Made by a program: the position numbers and the translations under genes. A DNA stretch of 36,898 nt from Candidatus Omnitrophota bacterium (GTDB lineage: Bacteria; Omnitrophota; Gorgyraeia; 1-14-0-20-64-10). Of the stretch, positions 18,431-27,301 are shown in pieces. The stretch is taken from positions 1 through 36,898 of the forward strand of contig JAUSCU010000025.1 of assembly GCA_030651065.1 (NCBI GenBank), given 5' to 3'. Position 1 is the stretch's first letter. Every line of letters begins with the position of its first letter. The notes beneath the pieces were generated by a model, which had not been told where the DNA came from, did not search any database, and saw only the letters and a program-made list of their open reading frames with translations.

Positions 18431-19028
18431 AGGGGACCCCTAATGTTTCCAACTCCGTGGCGGCCTGCTCGATCCGCCGCTTGGTCTTGGAAAAGGTGGC
18501 ATTCAGGACGTTCAGAGGCACCAGCGCCAGGATCGCGATCATCAGGCCGAACCCGGTGGCGATCAGCGCCTCGGCGATGCCGCCGGTGATCGCCGCGGAG
18601 GCCTCCAGCTCCCGGCCGCCCAGCATCCCAAAGGCCCGGACCATGCCGGTCACGGTCCCCAGCAGACCCAGGAGGGGTGCCAGCGTCACGATCGTATCCA
18701 GCGTGGAGATCCAGCGGCTGTAAGACTCCAATTCCTCGGAGGCGGACCGCAGTAAAGCGGCGGACAGGAACCGGTCCCGGTTCACGAGCCCGTGCACCAG
18801 CACTCTCACCACCGGGTCCTGGCTGCGCCGCCCTTTCTTCAACGCCTCTTCCGTTTCCCCCGCCTCTACGTGCAGCAGCATCTCCCGTGCCAGATGGGGC
18901 TCCACTGTCTCGAGGTGGCGCAAAAGAAAGAGGCCCCGCTCGATCGCGACGGCGAGGCCCACGATAGAGACGATCAGTAGCGGCCACATGACCGGGCCGC
19001 CTTTGAGGAACAGGGTGTAGAGGTTCAG
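18387..19028 (-). CDS. exbB: MotA/TolQ/ExbB proton channel protein (probable CTG start; alternative ATG at 18989)
   Basis: APLLGLLGTVTGM and GIAEALIATGFGL motifs. The typical FLKGGPVMWPL N-terminus extends upstream of the ATG to a CTG at 19028. Confidence 0.88.
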   Translation of the reverse strand: MNLYTLFLKGGPVMWPLLIVSIVGLAVAIERGLFLLRHLETVEPHLAREMLLHVEAGETEEALKKGRRSQDPVVRVLVHGLVNRDRFLSAALLRSASEELESYSRWISTLDTIVTLAPLLGLLGTVTGMVRAFGMLGGRELEASAAITGGIAEALIATGFGLMIAILALVPLNVLNATFSKTKRRIEQAATELETLGVPYESTLRFSPTPSSN

Positions 19029-19399
19029 GTGAGTGCCTTCTCCATGACCACTTCAAGATCGCTTAAGGGGGTGCCCTTCCGGAAAACTGCCGAGATTCCA
19101 AGGTCCTCCGCCTGCTGGATCATCTCGTCGGAGGTGTGCGCGGTAACCACGATGACCGGCAGCTCTTTCTTGATCCGCCGGATTCGCCTCAAGGTCTCAA
19201 TGCCGTCCACGCCGGGCATCCGCAGATCGAGGAAGACGACGTCCAGCGGGACCGTCTTGATAAGGTTCAGCCCCGTCTCGCAGTTGAGGGCGGTCATCAC
19301 CTTGTGGCCCCGCTTGCCGAACTGGAGGGAGGCCAGCGCGAGAAAACCTTCCTCGTCGTCGATGACCAGGATGCGCCGCGGAACAAACTTTTCGTCCAA
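19025..19399 (-). CDS. Single-domain response regulator (receiver)
   Basis: ILVIDDE, FLDLRMPGVDG, VVTA, FRK; TTG start. Confidence 0.9.
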   Translation of the reverse strand: MDEKFVPRRILVIDDEEGFLALASLQFGKRGHKVMTALNCETGLNLIKTVPLDVVFLDLRMPGVDGIETLRRIRRIKKELPVIVVTAHTSDEMIQQAEDLGISAVFRKGTPLSDLEVVMEKALT

Positions 19400-19463
19400 A
19401 CAAGAGCCCCCTTATCCTTTGACTATACCCGAAACGCCCCGGGAACTGCAAATCCCGGCGGGG

Positions 19464-20477
19464 CTACGCGCGGGGACCGACGAGGTTGGCGGGCCGGTTC
19501 TCAAGGAAGCCGCGGAGGTTGAAGACGGTCGTCTCCAGGATCCTCTGGAGCGCTTCCCTGCTGTCGAACGCGATGTGCGGTGTGATCACCACATTCTCCC
19601 GGTGGAGCAGAATGTGGTTCTTGAGCAGCGTGATGAGCCGTTCCTTCGGGAAATCCTTCTCCAGGAGCTGCCTCTCCTCCTTGACCAGCTCCTCCCCCTC
19701 CAGCACGTCGAGCCCCGCGCCGCCGACCTTTCCCTGGTCGAGCGCCCACACCAGGGCATCGGTATCCACCAGCCCGCCCCGGGCGGTGTTGATGAGCAGG
19801 GCGCCCCGCTTCATCAGTGAGAAGGTTTTCCGGTTCATCAGGTGACGGGATTCGGCCGAGTAGGGCAGGTGCAGTGTGACGATGTCGGAGCGGCTCAGCA
19901 GCTCCGGCAGCTCGGCGTACCGGAAATCCAATACCTCGGCAAGAAACGGGTTTTTCTTCGAGTCGCAGGCCAGCACCTCCATGCCGAATCCCCGCGCCAT
20001 CTTGATCACGTGCAGGCCGATCTTGCCGGCCCCCACAACGCCGATCGTCTTGCCCTTCAGATCAAACCCCTGAAGCCCCTCCAGAGAGAAATCTCCCCGG
20101 ACCGTCCGCACGTAGGCCTTGTGCAGGTTGCGGGAGAGGGCCAGGATCAGAGCGAAGGTGTGCTCGGCGACGGTGTTCTCGCCGTAGGACGGGACGTTCG
20201 CCACCCGGATCTTCCGGGCACGGCAGGCTTTCAGGTCGATGTGGTCGAACCCGGTGGAGCGGGTGGCGATCAGCCGGGCTTTTCGGAGCTTAGCCAGTAG
20301 AGGGCGGGTCAGCCGGGAATAGATGAAGACCGACAGGATTTCAGCATCACGGGCGGACGGCAGCGTCCGCTCAGTGAGCGGTTCCGGAACGAACTGGACC
20401 TTCAGCCCCAGCGGTTTCAGCGCCCGGGCTAAGAACCTTTTTTCCCACGGTTCCGTCTCGAAAAAGACCGCTTTCAT
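19464..20477 (-). CDS. ldhA: D-2-hydroxyacid dehydrogenase (D-lactate dehydrogenase-like)
   Basis: TRSTGFDHID, NVPSYG..VAEH, GAGKIG, NTARG, LDVLEGE, TPHIAF. Confidence 0.85.
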   Translation of the reverse strand: MKAVFFETEPWEKRFLARALKPLGLKVQFVPEPLTERTLPSARDAEILSVFIYSRLTRPLLAKLRKARLIATRSTGFDHIDLKACRARKIRVANVPSYGENTVAEHTFALILALSRNLHKAYVRTVRGDFSLEGLQGFDLKGKTIGVVGAGKIGLHVIKMARGFGMEVLACDSKKNPFLAEVLDFRYAELPELLSRSDIVTLHLPYSAESRHLMNRKTFSLMKRGALLINTARGGLVDTDALVWALDQGKVGGAGLDVLEGEELVKEERQLLEKDFPKERLITLLKNHILLHRENVVITPHIAFDSREALQRILETTVFNLRGFLENRPANLVGPRA

Positions 20478-20481
20478 CTTT

Positions 20482-22599
20482 CTATTCCTTCCTTAACAGG
20501 ATCCGGACGTCCGCGGCGGCCGCCCCCTTCCCTTCAGCATAAGCGATCAGCGGGTTGATATCCAATTCCTCGATCTCCTCCAAATCCACCGCCAGCTGCG
20601 ACACCCGCTCGATGCACTCGATGAGTTTCGGGAGATCCGCCGGAGGCTGGCCGCGGAATCCCTGCAGGATCCGGAAGGACCGGAGGGACTTCACCATCCG
20701 TTCCGCCCCCAACTCCCGAACCGGCGCCAGGCGGAACGTCACATCCTTGAACACCTCCACATAGATGCCGCCCAGCCCGAATAGGAGCAGCGGCCCGAAT
20801 TGACGGTCCCGTTTGAGCCCCAGAATCATCTCGGTTCCCGGCGGCACCATCTTCTGGATGAGCACCCCATCGAGCCGGGCATCCGGTTGGCGAAGGCGCA
20901 CCGTGTCCAGGATTTCGCTGAATGTTTTCTCCGCCGCCGCCGTGTCCGGGATCCCCAGCCGCACGCCGCCCACATCCACCTTGTGCAGAACATCGGGGGA
21001 AAGGATCTTCATCGCCAGAGGGAACCCGGTCTTCTCCGCCGCGCGCCGGACCTCCTCCGGCGAGCGGGCGATGGCGAACGGAGGGACCGGCAAGCCGTAG
21101 GCTTCCATCATCGCGAGAGATTCAGCCTGGTCCAGCCAGACCCTCCCTTCCAACCGGGCCTTGCGGATCAGGACTTTGGCTGCCGCCTCGTCTACCCGGA
21201 ACCGCTTGACCATAGTGCGGGGCCGCTCAAGCCACTCCCGGTACTGGCTCATCCGGGCCAGCGCCCGGACGGCCGCCTCCGGAAACCGGTAATGCGGGAC
21301 CCGCTCCTCCCGGAGGATCCGGCTGCCGTTGGAAACGTCGGTCACCCCCATGAAGCAGGCCAGCACCGGCTTACGCGTCCCTTTCGCCGCCTGACCAATC
21401 ACCCGGGCGATCGCCTCCAGGTCGGTCATCGCCTGCGGGGTCGCCAGCGCGATGAGGCTGTCCACGTTGGGGTCCTCAAGGACCGCTCCAAGCGACGCCG
21501 CGTAGCGGTCTTCCCGCGCGTCTCCGACCAGATCCACCGGGTTGCGCGTCGACGCCGTGGGGGGAAGCGCCGTTTTTAACTTGGCGACGGTGCCGGCCTC
21601 CAGCGCCGGAAGCGTCAGCCCCTGCCGGATGCAGGAATCGGTCGCCATGATCCCGGGCCCTCCGGCGTTGGTCACGATCGCCACCCGCCGCCCAGCCGGC
21701 AGCGGCTGTTCGGAAAACGCCCGCGCGGTGGCGAACAGCTCCTCCACGGAATCCACTCGCATCACGCCGGCCTGCGCGAAGAGGGCGTCGTAGACCTCGT
21801 CGCTGCCGGCCAGCGAGCCGGTGTGGGAGGAGACCGCCTTGGCCCCCTCCGGGGTCCGGCCTGATTTGATCGCCAGCACCGGCTTGCCCTTCTTTTCATC
21901 CCCGGTAATCTCACGCGCTACCTCGATGAAGCGCCGGCCGTCGGCCAGATCCTCCAGGTACAGCAAAATCACTTTGGTTTGAGGGTCGTCCCTCAGCCCG
22001 ATCAGCAGGTCCACTTCGTCCAGACCGGCCTTGTTCCCCATGCTGATGATCTTAGAGAAACCGATCCCCTCGGACTTGGCGTACTCCAAAACCGCGGTGC
22101 AGAGGGCGCCGCTCTGCGAGAGAAACGCGATCGAGCCGGCCGCCGGCATCTCCTTGGCGAACGTGGCGTTCATGCGGACCGCCGGGTCGGTGTTCAGGAT
22201 CCCGAGGCAGTTCGGGCCGATCAACGGCAGGTTGTGCAGCCGAGCCTGCCGCTTCACCGCCTCCTCCAGCAGGCGGCCTTCCTCCCCGGTCTCTTTGAAC
22301 CCGGAGGAGATGACGACGATCCCTTTCACCCCTTTCTGCCCGCACTGGTCCACCACCTCCGGGACCAGCGGGGCTTTCACGATCACCACCGCCAGATCCA
22401 CCGGCCCGGGTATTGCGGCAAGGCTGGGATGGCAGATCATCCCCTCGATCTCTCGCGCCTTCGGGTTGACCGGGTAGATCTTCCCCTTGAAACCACCCAG
22501 GAAGAGGTTTTTCAAGACGGCGTGCCCCACGCTCGCTTCATCGCGAGAAGCACCGATCACCGCGACCGATTTAGGGGAAAACAAGGGGTCCAGATTCAT
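20482..22599 (-). CDS. Acetate--CoA ligase (ADP-forming), alpha-beta fusion
   Basis: Start MNLDPLFSPKSVAVIGAS; GPNCLG, SQSGA, SHTGSLAG phospho-His, HKVDVGGV, ATP-grasp C-terminus DINPL. Confidence 0.92.
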   Translation of the reverse strand: MNLDPLFSPKSVAVIGASRDEASVGHAVLKNLFLGGFKGKIYPVNPKAREIEGMICHPSLAAIPGPVDLAVVIVKAPLVPEVVDQCGQKGVKGIVVISSGFKETGEEGRLLEEAVKRQARLHNLPLIGPNCLGILNTDPAVRMNATFAKEMPAAGSIAFLSQSGALCTAVLEYAKSEGIGFSKIISMGNKAGLDEVDLLIGLRDDPQTKVILLYLEDLADGRRFIEVAREITGDEKKGKPVLAIKSGRTPEGAKAVSSHTGSLAGSDEVYDALFAQAGVMRVDSVEELFATARAFSEQPLPAGRRVAIVTNAGGPGIMATDSCIRQGLTLPALEAGTVAKLKTALPPTASTRNPVDLVGDAREDRYAASLGAVLEDPNVDSLIALATPQAMTDLEAIARVIGQAAKGTRKPVLACFMGVTDVSNGSRILREERVPHYRFPEAAVRALARMSQYREWLERPRTMVKRFRVDEAAAKVLIRKARLEGRVWLDQAESLAMMEAYGLPVPPFAIARSPEEVRRAAEKTGFPLAMKILSPDVLHKVDVGGVRLGIPDTAAAEKTFSEILDTVRLRQPDARLDGVLIQKMVPPGTEMILGLKRDRQFGPLLLFGLGGIYVEVFKDVTFRLAPVRELGAERMVKSLRSFRILQGFRGQPPADLPKLIECIERVSQLAVDLEEIEELDINPLIAYAEGKGAAAADVRILLRKE

Positions 22600-22700
22600 A
22601 CCTCTATTGTACGGGGTTTTTCGTCCGGGTTTTATGACCTGGCTCATAGATTCAGCCGGACAAGCAAGGTATGCTGTTAGATGCAAGGAGGACGCCGACC

Positions 22701-23108
22701 ATGAAGATCAAGGAATGGATCACGCGGGAGATTGTCACCATCAAGCCGGAAGCGTCGGTGAAAGAGGCTTTCATGCTCTTGAAATCCATGGGGATCCGCC
22801 ACTTGCCGGTGGTCAAGAACGGCGTCCTGAAAGGAATCGTCACCGACCGGGACCTGCGCCGCCCGAAACTCTCGGACGTTTTCAAGAGCTGGGACCAGCT
22901 CTACCGGATCAACGACGAGATCCAGGTGGAAGACATCATGGCCAGCCCGGCCCTGACGATCTCGGAAGAGGCCACCATTCAGGAAGCGGCCAAGATCATG
23001 GCCAAGAACCGGATCGGGGCCCTCCCGGTCACCGACAAGAAAGGGAAGCTGGACGGCATCATCACGGAATCGGATATCCTCCGGGCCTTTGCCGCCGGTA
23101 AGAAATAG
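22701..23108 (+). CDS. CBS-pair protein (AcuB-like)
   Basis: AAGGAGG RBS; IRHLPVV...GIVTDRDL and IGALPV...GIITESDI. Confidence 0.9.
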   Translation: MKIKEWITREIVTIKPEASVKEAFMLLKSMGIRHLPVVKNGVLKGIVTDRDLRRPKLSDVFKSWDQLYRINDEIQVEDIMASPALTISEEATIQEAAKIMAKNRIGALPVTDKKGKLDGIITESDILRAFAAGKK

Positions 23109-25530
23109 CGAAGAAAAGCTGACGGGCCTCTCCGCGCAGGAAGCCGCCCGCCGGCTCAAAATCGAAGGCCGCAATGAGCTGCCTTCCGGGAAATCCCGCA
23201 CGCCGCTCCGGCTAGCCTGGGAGCTCGTTCGGGAACCAATGATCCTGCTTCTGCTCGCCTGCGGGATCATCTATCTTTTCCTCGGGGACTTCCGCGAAGC
23301 CCTCCTGCTGGCCGCCTCCATCGGCTTGATCCTCGGGATCAGCCTTGTTCAGCAGGGCCGAACCGAGCGGGCGCTCCAAGCCCTCAAAGACCTCTCCGCT
23401 CCGCGCGCGCTGGTGATCCGGAACGGTAAGCGGACGCGGGTCTCCGCCCGGGAGCTGGTGCGGGAAGATCTCGTCGTGCTGATCGAGGGGGACCGGGTCC
23501 CGGCCGACGCGCGGGTGATCTCCTGCGCCCACCTCTCGGTGGATGAGTCCCTGCTGACCGGCGAATCGGCGCCGGTCCGGAAATCGGCCTCACCGGACCC
23601 CCTGCCTCCCCCGCGTCCCGGCGGGGAGGACCTCCCTTTTGTTTTCGCCGGCACCCTGGTTATCCAGGGAGACGGTCTCGGTGAGATTCACGCCACCGGC
23701 CTCCGCACCGAGATGGGAAAAATCGGAAAATCCCTGCAAGCCATCGGACGGGAGGAGACCCGCCTGCAAGGGGAGGTCCGGCGGATCGTCCGGATCTTTG
23801 CCGCGGCGGGACTTTCCGTCTGCGCGGGGGTGGCTCTCCTGCACGGGCTGCACAGCGGCAACTGGCTCCAGGGGTTCCTGGCGGGACTAACGCTGGCGAT
23901 CTCGCTGGTACCGGAGGAGTTCCCCGTCGTGCTGACCGTCTTCCTGGCGCTGGGGGCCTGGAGAATCTCCCGCCGCGGGGTGCTTACCCGCCGGGTGCCG
24001 GCCATCGAGATGCTGGGGGCCGCCACTGTTCTCTGCACCGACAAGACAGGCACCCTCACGCTCAACCGGATGCGGGTTCAGCGCCTGATGGCGGACAGCT
24101 CCGTATTTAACCTTCCCTCCGGGGAGATCGTCTCTGTGCCGGAGGGGTTCCGCGCAATGGTCTCCCGCGCCGCGCTGGCCAGCCATCCGGAAGCGTTCGA
24201 CCCGATGGAGCTGGCGATCCACGCCCTCTCAAAGCAGGCCCTGCCAGACGCGCGGCCGGAGAACTGGAAACTGGTACGCCGCTATCCCCTTTCCAAGGAG
24301 CTGATGGCGATGTCCCAAGTTTGGCAGCAGGAGAGCGGTCCCCTCCGGGTTGCTTCCAAGGGAGCGCCCGAAGCGATCGCGGATCTGTGCCGGATGCCGG
24401 AGGCCGCTCGCCGGCTTCTGCTGGAGGCGGCCCACGCGATGGCCCGGGATGGTTTGAGGGTCATAGGTGTGGCCGAGGGAACGGCCGCTTCCGGTCCCCT
24501 GCCGGAGCGGCAGGACCGGTTTTCCTTTTCCTTCCTCGGACTGATCGGCCTTTCCGACCCGATCCGGCCGGCGGTGCCCGCGGCGATCCGTGAATGCCGC
24601 GGGGCCGGCATCCGGGTCGTGATGATCACTGGTGACTATCCGGAGACCGCCCGCCAGATCGCCCGGCAGATTGGGCTGGAACCGCTGGATCAAGTTTTAA
24701 CGGGGCGGGAGATGGAGGCCCTGGACGACGCGGGACTGCGGGAGAAAGCCAAACAAGTCAGTATCTTCGCGAGGATCGTTCCGGAACAGAAGCTGCGGCT
24801 GGTCAACGCCTTCAAAGCGGACGGCGAGATCGTCGCGATGACCGGCGACGGCGTCAACGACGCGCCGGCCCTCAAGACGGCCCACATCGGCATCGCCATG
24901 GGCGGGCGCGGCACCGACGTCGCGCGGGAGGCAGCGTCGCTGGTGCTGCTCAACGACGATTTTTCATCCATCGTCCGGGCGATCCGGCTCGGCCGGCGCG
25001 TGTTCGACAATCTGCGCCGGGCGATGTCCTATCTCTTCGCGATCCACGTGCCGATCGCCGGCATGGCGCTGATCCCAGTTCTGCTGAGGGGGCCCCTGGT
25101 GCTGCTGCCGGTACACATCGTTTTCCTGGAAATTATCATCGACCCGGCCTGCTCGATCGTTTTCGAAGCGGAACCTGCGGAGAAGGATGTAATGAACCGG
25201 CCGCCGAGGAACCCGAAGGAGCCCCTATTTAACCGGAGCCGGGTAGCCAGAAGCCTTCTGCAGGGGGCAGCCATGCTGGGAATCGCGCTGGGGGTCTATC
25301 TCGCCGCGTGGGCACTCGGAAAACCGGAGTGGGAGATCCGGTCCCTGACCTTCACCTCGATGATCCTCGCCAACTTGGGGCTCATTCTGGTGAACCGCTC
25401 CGGAGGCGGGCTCACCGCGCTGCGTTCGCCCAACCCGGCCCTCTGGTGGGTGATGGGGAGCGCGCTGGCGGTGCTGGGTCTCGTTCTTACCGTGCCGTTC
25501 CTGCGGGAGATCTTCCGCTTCGCCCCTTAA
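23089..25530 (+). CDS. P-type cation-transporting ATPase (type II-like)
   Basis: TGES, PEEFP, DKTGTLT phosphorylation site, KGAPE, MITGD, GDGVNDAPALK. Confidence 0.93.
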   Translation: MPPVRNSEEKLTGLSAQEAARRLKIEGRNELPSGKSRTPLRLAWELVREPMILLLLACGIIYLFLGDFREALLLAASIGLILGISLVQQGRTERALQALKDLSAPRALVIRNGKRTRVSARELVREDLVVLIEGDRVPADARVISCAHLSVDESLLTGESAPVRKSASPDPLPPPRPGGEDLPFVFAGTLVIQGDGLGEIHATGLRTEMGKIGKSLQAIGREETRLQGEVRRIVRIFAAAGLSVCAGVALLHGLHSGNWLQGFLAGLTLAISLVPEEFPVVLTVFLALGAWRISRRGVLTRRVPAIEMLGAATVLCTDKTGTLTLNRMRVQRLMADSSVFNLPSGEIVSVPEGFRAMVSRAALASHPEAFDPMELAIHALSKQALPDARPENWKLVRRYPLSKELMAMSQVWQQESGPLRVASKGAPEAIADLCRMPEAARRLLLEAAHAMARDGLRVIGVAEGTAASGPLPERQDRFSFSFLGLIGLSDPIRPAVPAAIRECRGAGIRVVMITGDYPETARQIARQIGLEPLDQVLTGREMEALDDAGLREKAKQVSIFARIVPEQKLRLVNAFKADGEIVAMTGDGVNDAPALKTAHIGIAMGGRGTDVAREAASLVLLNDDFSSIVRAIRLGRRVFDNLRRAMSYLFAIHVPIAGMALIPVLLRGPLVLLPVHIVFLEIIIDPACSIVFEAEPAEKDVMNRPPRNPKEPLFNRSRVARSLLQGAAMLGIALGVYLAAWALGKPEWEIRSLTFTSMILANLGLILVNRSGGGLTALRSPNPALWWVMGSALAVLGLVLTVPFLREIFRFAP

Positions 25531-25789
25531 GAAGCTTCCGGGTTTTTTCCGCGCGGCTCCACCCTTTGATCTCGGCTTCCCGCTTCAAGGCGGAACTTCG
25601 GGTGGACTGCGCTTCCCGGAAAACCAGCCGGACCGGTTTCCGGGAGCGAGTGTAGGCGCCCCCCTTTCCGGCGTTGTGGGTTTTGATCCGGCGGCCCAAA
25701 TCGGTCGTGATGCCGGTGTAAATCGATCCGTCGCGGCACCGGACCGCGTAAACGAACCAACGGGAAGGGGCTGCTTTTTTAAGCTTCAA
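25487..25789 (-). CDS. GIY-YIG nuclease family protein (YhbQ/UPF0213-like); start uncertain
   Basis: WFVYAVRCRDGSIYTGITTDLGRRIKTHNAGKGGAYTRSRKP...ALKREAEIK. Confidence 0.88.
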   Translation of the reverse strand: MKLKKAAPSRWFVYAVRCRDGSIYTGITTDLGRRIKTHNAGKGGAYTRSRKPVRLVFREAQSTRSSALKREAEIKGWSRAEKTRKLLKGRSGRSPAGTAR

Positions 25790-25853
25790 GGGAGTGAAAC
25801 GGGCCAAACTGTCGAGAGTATTGTACCAACCGCGCATGCTAAAATAAAAACGA

Positions 25854-26129
25854 ATGAATGGAAAACCTAAAAAAATAGGCCGGTCGCCGAACATAAGCTC
25901 CCATGAAACCCCCGGAGGATCGGTTATCCTCTCTCATGAAACGGGTAATCTCTTTTCACTCAATGTCACTGGAACGGAGATTTGGGATCACTGCAGAGAA
26001 GAGCGCTCTATCGATGAGATCGTATCGTTTATGAGCCAAAAATATGGCCTCCAAACAGAGGCTTTCCGGACCGAAATCTTGTCTTACGTGGAACAGCTGC
26101 AGCAGGCGGGTTTCTTCAGAATGCTCTGA
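25854..26129 (+). CDS. PqqD family protein / RiPP recognition element (RRE) 1
   Basis: 91 aa with VILSHETGNLFSLNVTGTEIWDHCREERSIDEIVSFMSQKY...YVEQLQQAGFF PqqD pattern. Confidence 0.9.
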   Translation: MNGKPKKIGRSPNISSHETPGGSVILSHETGNLFSLNVTGTEIWDHCREERSIDEIVSFMSQKYGLQTEAFRTEILSYVEQLQQAGFFRML

Positions 26130-26133
26130 GTCG

Positions 26134-27189
26134 ATGGACGCGAACCCCGTTATCCCAAAGTTGATTCGAGCCGCCCTTGAGAAGGAACCTTGCCTGAAGA
26201 TTTCCTCCACCGGCACAAGCATGCTGCCCACGATCCGCCCCGGCCAGACAATCTGGATTGCTCGAGTTCGGCCCGAAGAAATCCGGCCCGGAGATATCAT
26301 TTTGATCCAGAGCTCTTCGTCCTTGGTCCTCCACCGGCTCCACCGTATCGAAAAAAGAGAGGGCGCTTCGCCTGTTTTTATCACGAGCGGGGACGCCTCG
26401 GGAAAGCTGGATACCCCCTGCCGAGCCGAATCCATTCTGGCAAAAGTCATCAAGATTCAGGAGGATTCGGGAAGCGGTTTCCTGGATAAATTTTCCAATG
26501 GGTTTATCCGTTCTTACGAAAACCTCTTCGCTTTTCCATACCGGACCTATCAACGGTGTGTAGGAAAACAATGGTACGGCCTCCTTCACCGCACCGTCCG
26601 AAAAGTGTCGGGCGGACGTCCGGTGGCAGCCCCGCTGATGGCCCTTTTCCCAATGGGTTCCCGAGCCATGGCGTTGGTTCCCCTAAGGAGGGCCCTTCGA
26701 AGGAAAGCGGCTTCGCTCCATCGTTTTCTGCCGGGAGGAACCGTTGAAAAACGGGGAACGCCGGACTCCGTCGAGCCGATCCTCGAACTGTGGAACCGCT
26801 CCGTTCCCCATCCCTCCGGCGAAAGCGCAGACAACCTGAAAAAGGAGTTCCTTGCGGCTGATCTTCCCGGGCAAAACTCATTCTGTTTTACTTTTACACG
26901 GCACGGAAAGACGCTGGGATTCCTGTCGGGATACGGGAGTTCTATTCAAGCCATTGCCGTGGATCCTGATTTTCGAAGAAAAGGCATCGGCTCCGCATTG
27001 CTGGAGGCGCTGTTGAAAGAGGCCCGGCGGCGAGGGGTTCGACAACTGGTCGTCTCGAGAAATCAGGGTATTTTCCCTAAGGTGGAGTTTTCAAAGTATG
27101 AGTCTGTGGTGCTTTTCTTTTCACGATGGGGATTCTCCGTTGAAACGACCTGGGAGGGACAGCTTGTCTGCCTGAGGTTTGCGTTATGA
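26134..27189 (+). CDS. S24/S26 peptidase - GNAT acetyltransferase fusion
   Basis: N-terminal GTSMLPTIRPG...PGDII...LHRL...ITSGD (S26, Ser/His). C-terminal IAVDPDFRRKGIGSALL...FFSRWGF (GNAT motif A). Confidence 0.85.
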   Translation: MDANPVIPKLIRAALEKEPCLKISSTGTSMLPTIRPGQTIWIARVRPEEIRPGDIILIQSSSSLVLHRLHRIEKREGASPVFITSGDASGKLDTPCRAESILAKVIKIQEDSGSGFLDKFSNGFIRSYENLFAFPYRTYQRCVGKQWYGLLHRTVRKVSGGRPVAAPLMALFPMGSRAMALVPLRRALRRKAASLHRFLPGGTVEKRGTPDSVEPILELWNRSVPHPSGESADNLKKEFLAADLPGQNSFCFTFTRHGKTLGFLSGYGSSIQAIAVDPDFRRKGIGSALLEALLKEARRRGVRQLVVSRNQGIFPKVEFSKYESVVLFFSRWGFSVETTWEGQLVCLRFAL

Positions 27190-27301
27190 AACTGCCGCTC
27201 TCCCTCCTCGTTCTTACGCTGAATGAGGCCAAAACGCTTCCCTTCTGTCTCGCGCCGCTGAAAGACCATGTTTCGGAGATCCTGGTCTGCGACACCGGAT
27301 C
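27149..27301 (+). repeat. 153-bp near-identical block, copy 1
   Basis: Matches 29444-29596 with 4 mismatches by manual alignment; spans the GNAT 3' end and the GT 5' end. Confidence 0.9.

Noticed and set aside
25487-25789. GIY-YIG gene as a homing endonuclease mobilising the island
   Set aside because: It is the short stand-alone YhbQ-like type with no DNA-binding extension, and its composition looks host-like.
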